Of a stretch of 64,000 nucleotides of DNA, positions 51,725 to 59,220 are shown piece by piece. How positions within the stretch are numbered: the stretch's first letter is position 1; every line of letters begins with the position of its first letter. Origin of the DNA: Gemmataceae bacterium (GTDB lineage Bacteria; Planctomycetota; Planctomycetia; Gemmatales; Gemmataceae); NCBI GenBank assembly GCA_035553375.1, contig DATNCY010000318.1:698-64697 (forward strand). The letters run 5' to 3'. Both the position numbers and the translations under genes were made by a program. The notes under the pieces are model-generated. The model was not told where the DNA came from and searched no databases. It saw nothing but the letters and a program-made list of their open reading frames with translations.

Positions 51725-52330
51725 TCAGGAGTAGGCGGCGACAAGCATGCTTCCCGGTCGCGCCTCGACCTTGGTGATCCACTCCCCAACTTCGTCCAGC
51801 ATCTCCTCGAACCCGTCCTCTCCGTGCGGCCCGGCTGCTCGCATGGCCCGGAACGCCGGTGCCGCCGCCCTCACCTCAGCCCCCGTCCAGTGGCCAAGCG
51901 ATGACCCGAATGGGTTTTCCGGAAGTGGGACCGGCGAGCGGCCGACCAACCCGTTCCAGAACCGCAGTTCAACCCCGTGCGCTGCGAACAACTCGTCCAG
52001 TTGAGTGACCAGTTCTGTGCTGCAGCGATGGAAGTGATTCTGGACCCACTGGCCGAACGAACTGCACACATGCTCGAAGGCGTTCTTGTACACGAACCCC
52101 GCGTCCGGCCGAGTCACCTGGCCCGCGAATATATCCCGCAGGGCGTCAGCGTGGGTGAAACCCGGGCACCAATCCTCCATCAGGTCTTCCATCTCTTCGT
52201 CGAGCCAGGTGAGCGACTCTCCCTGTCCCTCCTGCTCCAACAATTCCTCCAGGAGGTCGGCGTCGTTGGAGCCGGGGACGGCCTTCACCTCGGCCTCATC
52301 CACGAGGTAGACCATCATTCCCATGCTCAT
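51725..52330 (-). CDS. Hypothetical acidic protein
   Basis: GGAGGG lies 8 nt upstream of ATG 52330. Sequence is non-repetitive. No family recognised. Confidence 0.4.
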   Translation of the reverse strand: MSMGMMVYLVDEAEVKAVPGSNDADLLEELLEQEGQGESLTWLDEEMEDLMEDWCPGFTHADALRDIFAGQVTRPDAGFVYKNAFEHVCSSFGQWVQNHFHRCSTELVTQLDELFAAHGVELRFWNGLVGRSPVPLPENPFGSSLGHWTGAEVRAAAPAFRAMRAAGPHGEDGFEEMLDEVGEWITKVEARPGSMLVAAYS

Positions 52331-52973
52331 CCGAGTACCCTCCGCTCCCTTCACCGAACTTGTTACTTGAGCGCGCCCCTAAATAAGTGCTTGTGCCCCA
52401 CCCTCATACGGATAGTTCAACTCCACGGCACCAGGCTGTCAACGGCAATCTCAACCAGCACCGCCGTCTTTCTTCCACTTTCCTCCCGCCCATTCACGGC
52501 CTTTTTCATCTCCCTGTCATCGAAAGAATCCGGTATCTGAGAAGGAATCTTCTCGCTGCCGGCTGTCGCGCAGCACCATCGCTTCATCAACCGCTATCTC
52601 GCCACGGCCGGCCACCTGAGGGCAGACAAAAGGCTCGTCTTTTTGGTAAACTAACCCTCGCGTGTCGTAAAGGAGGCGAGCCATGAAGTCGGATGCGGTC
52701 CAGATCGAGGGTATGGTGCAACCTACTTCGGGCATGACGCTGACGGATTAGTTCTGGGCGGGAATGCAGGCCATTTGGGCCGGTCAAGCTGCTCGTGGTC
52801 ATGTGCCGCGCGAAAAAGCCCAGATTGACGCCGAGATTAAGGCGTTACGGGACGAGGCGGAGGAAGAAATGCAACAGGTGGAACGCCTCCACGAAGAGGC
52901 GAGTTCGGAGTCTTGAAGGCTGCTTTGCGGGAATCGCCGCCGATGATCCTAACGTGAATACCGAGGCGTCTTC

Positions 52974-53726
52974 ATGTGTCTGCTGGCCTTATTCTACCGC
53001 GTGGTCGAAGATGCCCCCGTGGTGGCTGGGGCCAATCGCGAAGAATACTACCAGCGCGGCGGCGAACCGCCGCGTCTGCTCGATGATGGCCCTATCCGCG
53101 CCGTGGCCGGTATCGATCCCGTGGCCGGGGGGACGTGGTTCGGGGTCAACGACAAGAATGTATTCGTAGCCGTCACCAACCGGCGCAAGTCCGACACACC
53201 TCCTCAGCCACGCAGCCGGGGTTTGCTGGCACGCGAATTACTAACCTGTACCTCCGCGAAAGCCGCCGTCGATCGCGCCATCCGCGAACTGGAACAGAAT
53301 CGTTACGCCGGCTGCAACTTCCTGTGCGCCGATGCCAGCCGTGCCGTCGTCATTCAAGCGGGCGACTGGCTGCGCGTGCGGCCGTTGCCGCCGGGGCTGC
53401 ATGTGCTGACCAACCGCGATGTCAATGATGCCAGCGATCATCGGCTGAGTTATGCCCTCGATTGGCTCAGCCGGCATTCGTACTCGACGGCGGAGCAGTG
53501 CGTGCAAGCGCTGCAACAATTATGCGCCCAACATGAGCCGAACGATCCGCCGATGTGCTTTCGCGCCAAGGATCGCGGCACGGTTTCCAGTTCCATCGTG
53601 GCCTTGCGCGGCCGGCTGGAAGACAGCACCTATCTCCATGCTCAGGGGCCGCCCGACCAGACGCCCTACGTGGCCTATTCGCACTTGCTTCACGACTTGA
53701 CCAATGACCACAATAGCGGATCGTAA
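52974..53726 (+). CDS. NRDE family protein (TANGO2 homologue)
   Basis: MCLLALFYRV N-terminus (Cys2), GANREEYYQRGG (NRDE motif), AGGTWFGVN, FVAVTNRR and SRGLL. Confidence 0.75.
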   Translation: MCLLALFYRVVEDAPVVAGANREEYYQRGGEPPRLLDDGPIRAVAGIDPVAGGTWFGVNDKNVFVAVTNRRKSDTPPQPRSRGLLARELLTCTSAKAAVDRAIRELEQNRYAGCNFLCADASRAVVIQAGDWLRVRPLPPGLHVLTNRDVNDASDHRLSYALDWLSRHSYSTAEQCVQALQQLCAQHEPNDPPMCFRAKDRGTVSSSIVALRGRLEDSTYLHAQGPPDQTPYVAYSHLLHDLTNDHNSGS

Positions 53727-53768
53727 AAGGCACTCTTGCGATTCACCGTAACAAGGCAGGCACCTGTC

Positions 53769-55127
53769 ATGGGGAAAACATTGATCCCTCCCGGTCCCAA
53801 GGGGCATTTCCTCAGCGGTCATCTGCCGGAGATGCGCCGCGATTTGCTCGGTTTCTACTTGCGCTGCGCCCGCGAATACGGCGATTGCACCACGCTGCGC
53901 TTTGGACTGCGGCGCATCTTCTTCGTCAATCACCCCACGTTCATCGAGCAAGTCCTGCACAGCCGTAATTTCACCAAACACTACGCCCTGCGCATGAATC
54001 GGCTGCTGCTGGGCAATGGCTTGCTGACCAGCGAGGGCGATTTCTGGCTGCGGCAACGCCGGCTCATTCAGCCGGTCTTTCAGCGCGAGCGCATCGTATC
54101 CTACGCCGCCGACATGGTTGCTTTCACCCAGCGACAACTCGCCTCGTGGCACGATGGCGAGGTGCGCGACCTGCACGCCGAGATGCGAAAGCTGACGCTG
54201 GCCATCGCTTCCAAGAGTCTGTTCGGTGCCGACGTGACCGGCCAATCCGAGGCGGTCGGTCAGGCGCTTCACGATGCGATGGGCACCTTCAGCCAGCGTT
54301 TCTTCCGTGTCTTCCGCATTCCGGAGCGCATTCCGACCCCGGAAAACCTGCGGATTCGCCGCGCTATTCGCCGACTGGATGCAATCCTCTACGGCCTCAT
54401 CAATCAACGCCGCGCTGAAGGCGAGAAAAACGATCTACTATCGATCTTGTTGCACGCGCGACACGAGAGCGACGGCACCGGCATGACCGATCAGCAACTG
54501 CGCGACGAGGCCATGACGCTTTTTCTGGCCGGCCACGAAACCACGGCCCTGGCGCTTTCCTGGGGCTGGTATTTGCTGGCGCAGCATCCGGAGGTGGTCG
54601 AAGAACTGCAAACGGAACTGCATCAAGTGCTTGGCGGGCGTCCGCCGACCGTCGCCGATTTGCCAAACCTGCGCTATACCGAGATGGTCGTGCAAGAAGT
54701 GATGCGGGTTTATCCGCCCGCGTATGCGATTGGCCGCCAGGCTATCCAGGCTTGTACGATCAACGGGTATCCCGTGCCGGCGGGCGGAACGGTACTCATG
54801 AGTCAGTGGGTGGTCCATCGCGATCCGCGCTTTTTCGATGATCCGGAGCGCTTTTATCCGGGACGTTGGGCGGATGGCCTGGCGCGCCGCTTGCCCCGTT
54901 ACGCTTACTTCCCCTTCGGCGGCGGACAGCGGCTGTGCATCGGCAACACCTTCGCCCTGATGGAATTGTCCCTAGTATTGGCGACGATTGCCCAGAGTTT
55001 CCATTTCGCGTTGACTCCCGGCTTGGTGGTTGGTCTGCGGCCTCAGTTGACTCTGCAACCGGATCGCCCCATCCTGCTGAAACTGCAAAGGAGGAATGCA
55101 CAATGCACAATGCACAATGCACAATGA
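53769..55127 (+). CDS. Cytochrome P450
   Basis: Haem-thiolate loop FPFGGGQRLCIGNTFA, I-helix LFLAGHETTA, ExxR (EVMR), PERF-like PERFYPGRW. ATG 53769 is preferred over TTG 53736. Confidence 0.9.
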   Translation: MGKTLIPPGPKGHFLSGHLPEMRRDLLGFYLRCAREYGDCTTLRFGLRRIFFVNHPTFIEQVLHSRNFTKHYALRMNRLLLGNGLLTSEGDFWLRQRRLIQPVFQRERIVSYAADMVAFTQRQLASWHDGEVRDLHAEMRKLTLAIASKSLFGADVTGQSEAVGQALHDAMGTFSQRFFRVFRIPERIPTPENLRIRRAIRRLDAILYGLINQRRAEGEKNDLLSILLHARHESDGTGMTDQQLRDEAMTLFLAGHETTALALSWGWYLLAQHPEVVEELQTELHQVLGGRPPTVADLPNLRYTEMVVQEVMRVYPPAYAIGRQAIQACTINGYPVPAGGTVLMSQWVVHRDPRFFDDPERFYPGRWADGLARRLPRYAYFPFGGGQRLCIGNTFALMELSLVLATIAQSFHFALTPGLVVGLRPQLTLQPDRPILLKLQRRNAQCTMHNAQ

Positions 55128-55174
55128 AAGCTCATTGTCTTTTATTCTGCATTCTGCATTCTGACTTCTGCATT
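55095..55174. repeat. Periodic element P4: (AATGCAC)x4 facing (ATTCTGC)-type heptamers
   Basis: 55095-55126 holds four exact heptamers and overlaps the last 10 codons and the stop of the P450 gene. 55144-55174 reads ATTCTGC ATTCTGC ATTCTGA CTTCTGC. The two arrays are complementary at 6 of 7 positions per unit. An inner 6-bp hairpin is CAATGA aagc TCATTG. Confidence 0.9.
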
Positions 55175-55178
55175 AAGA

Positions 55179-55868
55179 ATGTATCCACACCGCATTCGCT
55201 TGCGTGCCCCCTGGGGATGTGAACGCCTACCCGCTGGACTGCCGAATGCGGACAGCGGACAGCGGACAGCGGATTGCGGACTGCCGACTGCCGACTGCGG
55301 CCGTCGCTTCCGCCGGCGTTTTGGCTATCCCGGACGCATTGATGCGTATGAGCGTGTCTGGTTGACGTTCGTGGGCGTCGCCGGCGCGGTGGAAGTGTGG
55401 CTCAACGATGTCGCCTTGGGACGGCGAAACGAAGCATCCGGAGCGTTCGAGTTCGAGGTGACGCCGTTGTTGCGGCCCCGCAACGAGTTGGTCGTTGACG
55501 TGGAAGGAACGGCGGAACAAGGTGTATGGGATGAGGTCGCTCTGGAAGTTCGCTGTACGGCGTTCTTGCGCGGCCTGTCCTGGTTCGCGATAAAAAAAGG
55601 AGAGCGGGCGGAGTTGCATGTTACCGGTCAGGTGGTCGGCGTGGCCGAACGGCCGCTCGAACTATACATCGTGTTGGATCGCTCCGTCGTCGCCTATCAA
55701 GTGGTGACGGCGACGACCGAAGGGCAACCGTTTGAGATTGTCGTGCCGGACCTGGCGGTGGAAGACGGCGGTTCAGTGGTCAAAGTCGATCTGGTGAATG
55801 GGGCATCGGTCTGGTACACCAATGAGGGAACCGTGACGTTGGAGTCAAGATCGAGCTTAGGTGGATGA
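55179..55868 (+). CDS. Hypothetical protein with GH2 sugar-binding-like jelly-roll N-domain, carrying an in-frame heptanucleotide-repeat insertion
   Basis: IRLRAPW ... RRFGYPGRIDAYERVWLTFVGVAGAVEVWLNDVALG ... FEFEVTPLL resembles the GH2 N-terminal domain pattern. Residues 20-41 are encoded by the 7-nt repeat at 55236-55298. Confidence 0.45.
   Translation: MYPHRIRLRAPWGCERLPAGLPNADSGQRTADCGLPTADCGRRFRRRFGYPGRIDAYERVWLTFVGVAGAVEVWLNDVALGRRNEASGAFEFEVTPLLRPRNELVVDVEGTAEQGVWDEVALEVRCTAFLRGLSWFAIKKGERAELHVTGQVVGVAERPLELYIVLDRSVVAYQVVTATTEGQPFEIVVPDLAVEDGGSVVKVDLVNGASVWYTNEGTVTLESRSSLGG
55236..55298. repeat. Periodic element P5: nine tandem heptamers (GGACAGC consensus) inside a coding frame
   Basis: GGACTGC CGAATGC GGACAGC GGACAGC GGACAGC GGATTGC GGACTGC CGACTGC CGACTGC. 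Shares the AGCGGAC/AGCGGAT unit with the right arm of P1. Confidence 0.95.
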
Positions 55869-55875
55869 GACAGGA

Positions 55876-56325
55876 ATGGATATTCATACGTTAAAATTGT
55901 CGATCACTGAGGAAGAAATCAATACGCTCGTTGCGGAGTTTCCCTCAAGCGATAGCGCGGTTGAGAATCTGCGTGTTCGGCTGACGCCGGAAGGGATCGT
56001 CGCGTTCGGCGATTATCCGGCCATGCTGATGAAAATGGCCTTCGAGACTTTATGGGAAGTGAAGGGTGCCGGCAGTGTGGTGGAAGCGCGGTTAGCATCG
56101 ATCAAGGTATCCGGTTTGCCGGCCAAGATGCTGCGCGGCGTGCTGTTGAAGACGATTCGAGACATGACGGCTCAGGAACCGGGCGTCCGCGTTGAAGACG
56201 AATCCATTCGCATCGATTTGAGCAAACACACGGCTATTCAAAGGTTACGATTGCGCGTCAATCTCACCGGCGTGCGGTGCAGTTCGGGGAATCTGGTTAT
56301 TGAAGCGGGGCCGGAGACAGCTTGA
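55876..56325 (+). CDS. Hypothetical protein (possibly DUF2993/LmeA-like)
   Basis: ORF abuts the preceding gene; GTG 55861 overlapping its stop is an alternative start. Weak resemblance only. Confidence 0.35.
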   Translation: MDIHTLKLSITEEEINTLVAEFPSSDSAVENLRVRLTPEGIVAFGDYPAMLMKMAFETLWEVKGAGSVVEARLASIKVSGLPAKMLRGVLLKTIRDMTAQEPGVRVEDESIRIDLSKHTAIQRLRLRVNLTGVRCSSGNLVIEAGPETA

Positions 56326-56413
56326 CGGGCAAGGCCGTCTCGATCGTCGCCGGGATGGTCCAGTTCTTCCACCCTCGGCGGACGAACGGGATTTCATCCG
56401 CAAGAGGACGATC

Positions 56414-56740
56414 ATGCTCCGCGAAGCAAGCCGGTTTCATCCTGCGCCCGTATCCCTGGACGAACGGCCTCGCGTCCTCCTGGTCGATGACGATCCCGAT
56501 GTGGCCCACACCGTCTCTAACATTCTCCATCAAGAACAATGCGAGGTCGCCATCACCCGAGCGCCGACGAAACGCTACAGGCGTTGACCGAGCAATCCTA
56601 CGATGTGCTTCTCCTTGAGTTGGCTCTGGCGGAATCCGATGCCTTGAACTTGCTGGCTGAGGTTCGGCAACGCGCCCCGGCGACGTGCTTCGCCTGGCGA
56701 CCGGCACGCTGGCGGACGGATGGATCTCTCTACCTGTTAA
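56414..56740 (+). pseudogene. Response-regulator receiver domain disrupted by frameshift(s)
   Basis: Frame 1 reads RVLLVDDDPDVAHTVSNILHQEQCEVAI and stops at 56587. The continuation SADETLQALTEQSYDVLLLELALAESDALNLLAEVRQRAP is in another frame from ~56555. A further shift is likely near 56670. Confidence 0.4.
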
Positions 56741-57095
56741 TTACCCGATACGGGCAGGACATGACGAAAATTGTTAACCGAATTGCGCGCAGTTCGTTGT
56801 TTCATTCGGGGTGCGGTCGAGACGGTAGCGTTAACCCGTTTGGTGTCTCTCGGAGAGAACGCGAGAATTTTTCCGCGAGAGGTTCGGGGTGCGAGCGTAA
56901 CCCTATGGGGCACGTTCGCACCCCGAATGATCCTGCCAAACCCGAGGGTTTGTGGAGCATGGACAAGCGTGCGAAATCCCACGAAATATAGGCGAAAACG
57001 CCCAACCCCGGGAGGTGTTGCCTTCCGGCGTTGGGCGTTAACGAGTGTGTAGTGTTTTTTCGCTGTATCATGCCACCCTGATGGACGGCAAGCCC

Positions 57096-58985
57096 CTACA
57101 GAAGAGGATTGAGTAGCGCCCCTAGGGTTGGTGGCTGTTGCAGTGCCGCGAGCGCTGCCTGCTGCGTGGCCGAGTTGCCGGTCAGATTGTGCAGACCCAG
57201 CGCCAGAACCTGCGTACTTTCTACAAAGCCCTCGGGAGTCAGGAAGAACGGGTCGCTGGCAATTTCGTTGCATGTGGACAGCACATCATTCGCCAACCAC
57301 CAGGCCAAGGGACTTGATGGCGAGAATCTCGATGGCGAGTTTACGAACAGCGACAGGTCGTAAGCCAGGCGAAACTCCTCTGCCGCCAGGGGAGAACCCA
57401 GAATGGGCGAGGTCGCGATGGTTTGCAGCAAGTTCAGATCGGCCGCCGGAAGGGTAAGCAACGAGTGCAAGCGGAGTGCGAGATCGAGCTGGTAATTCAG
57501 TTCCTGGTTCCCAAGGAACATGGCCAGGGGCAGCGGGAAGGGCATGTTCACGGGGGTGGGAGCCGGTGGTGGCGGAGTGGGAGCCGGCGTTGTCGTGAAG
57601 GTGAACTGGTCTGCCGGCACAGTCGCCGAGGTGGCACCGGATGAGATAACGGTAACGTCCACCGTTCCCGAACCTGCCGGACTAATGGCCGTGATCGAGG
57701 TTGCCGAGTTGACCGTGAAACCGGCAGCCGGAATTCTGCCGAAGTTGACCGCGGTCACGCCGGTAAAGTCGGTACCGATGATGGTAACCGCCGTGCCGCC
57801 GGAGATCGGGCCAGAGTTCGGGCTGATGCCGGTGACGGTTGGGACGGCCTGGGTCTGGAAGGCGCCGATGTCCGTGGCACCGTTCACGGTGCGCGGAAAG
57901 CCAGTGCCACGCTGGTCATTGGCAAAGCCGTTCGCCGCACCGCTGGCAAGGGCGGCACTGCCCACCGGCAGAGCCAGCGTGGGCGTCGGACCGCCGTTGT
58001 TGCTGGGCGTGAAGGTTGTGAAGCCGGGTGACACGTCGGTCTTGTTGTTAGCCCCCGTAATGGCGGTGATGCCTGTGGTGCTTCCAATCAGGCTGAAGTC
58101 CGCCGCCAGGGTAGAGCCATTATCCTGGTTGATGTCGGGCGCGGCATTGTTCATGTCGGTGTTTTGGGCGACGATCGTGCTGTTCAAGGTGAGCGTGTTG
58201 CCGGAGAAGTTCACCTCGGAGATGCCGCCGCCACGCGTGCTGTTGGGTGCGCTGTTGCCCGCGATAGTGCTGTTCTTGATGGTCGCCGTGTTGGTACCCC
58301 AGAGATAAATCCCGCCGCCGCCCAGGCTGCCCGTCGCGGTGTTGCCGACGATGGTACTCTCGTAAATGTTCTCCGTGCCGCCGTTGTTCACGCCGATCCC
58401 GCCGCCGTAGCCGGTGGTCGTGTTGCCGGAGATGGTGCTGTACCCGATCGTCAGTGTTGCGGGGGTTTGGAGGAAGATAGCCCCCGCGTGATAGCCGTTA
58501 CTATTGGTGTTGTTGAAGCCCATGATCACCGACCGGAGGAGGGTCAAGTCGGAGTTGTTATCGAAAATGGCCTCTTCGGTACTGCCGGTGGTGTTGGACA
58601 GGGTGACACCGGAAATCGTCGTCGGGTTCGTACCGCTGGCGATACTGAAGACCCGATTGTTCCCAGTCGCGGGGGTGATGGTCAGCAAGTTGGCCCCAGG
58701 GCCGTCAATCTCAAGGGGCGCAGTCACGTTCATCTGACTGGTGAGGTTGATGGTCTGAGGGGTGCTGAACAGGTTGCTGAACTGGATCGTGTAGCCGCCG
58801 TTGGCATTCGACTGGGCGACTTCAAACGGCAACGACCCGGGCGAGGCGACGTCGCCGCTGGTGTTCGTGACCGTGACTGTTGTCGGCACAATGCGCGATT
58901 CCAGTGCCTCAAGTTCCAGACGAACGAGTTTCTTGGTGTTGGTCTTGGGGGAACGGGACGCACGGCGAAACAATCCAGGAAGCAT
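57096..58985 (-). CDS. Secreted right-handed beta-helix repeat protein with IPT/TIG domain and N-terminal LExLExR motif
   Basis: N-terminus RLELEALESRIVPT. Gly/Asn/Thr-rich repeats (GGGI..., NSTIAGN, STIVGNTA). IPT/TIG-like PTVTGISPNSGPISGGTAVTIIGTDFTGVTAVNFG. Confidence 0.7.
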   Translation of the reverse strand: MLPGLFRRASRSPKTNTKKLVRLELEALESRIVPTTVTVTNTSGDVASPGSLPFEVAQSNANGGYTIQFSNLFSTPQTINLTSQMNVTAPLEIDGPGANLLTITPATGNNRVFSIASGTNPTTISGVTLSNTTGSTEEAIFDNNSDLTLLRSVIMGFNNTNSNGYHAGAIFLQTPATLTIGYSTISGNTTTGYGGGIGVNNGGTENIYESTIVGNTATGSLGGGGIYLWGTNTATIKNSTIAGNSAPNSTRGGGISEVNFSGNTLTLNSTIVAQNTDMNNAAPDINQDNGSTLAADFSLIGSTTGITAITGANNKTDVSPGFTTFTPSNNGGPTPTLALPVGSAALASGAANGFANDQRGTGFPRTVNGATDIGAFQTQAVPTVTGISPNSGPISGGTAVTIIGTDFTGVTAVNFGRIPAAGFTVNSATSITAISPAGSGTVDVTVISSGATSATVPADQFTFTTTPAPTPPPPAPTPVNMPFPLPLAMFLGNQELNYQLDLALRLHSLLTLPAADLNLLQTIATSPILGSPLAAEEFRLAYDLSLFVNSPSRFSPSSPLAWWLANDVLSTCNEIASDPFFLTPEGFVESTQVLALGLHNLTGNSATQQAALAALQQPPTLGALLNPLL

Positions 58986-59220
58986 GAGGCACCTTCGGAA
59001 TCAGAGGTCAATGACGCGGTGAGCGCGATCCATACAGTCGTTGAAAGGGGTGCAAGGGTGGGAGGGATAGCGCCCCACAAATCACACCCGTAGCGGGGTC
59101 GTCCAAGGTTACCCTGTTTTGCTCGCCGGGCTGGAAAAAAGGAGCAGCCGTGGTCTAACTCCGGGCCGGATTGGATAATCTAAACGCACGGACCTGCACA
59201 ATCGGAAGGAAAGGACTCAG

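Noticed and set aside
52517-52735. Minus-strand ORF beginning MARLLYDTRGLVY as a PIN-domain toxin.
   Set aside because: It is only about 55 aa from that Met and has no SD. It overlaps antisense with a better-initiated plus-strand ORF, and it lacks the later conserved acidic residues. At best it is a remnant.
56996-57039. Hairpin AACGCCCAAC...GTTGGGCGTT as an intrinsic terminator of the minus-strand beta-helix gene.
   Set aside because: Only two T residues follow the stem on the minus strand once the A-T pairs are counted in the stem. That is too weak to call.
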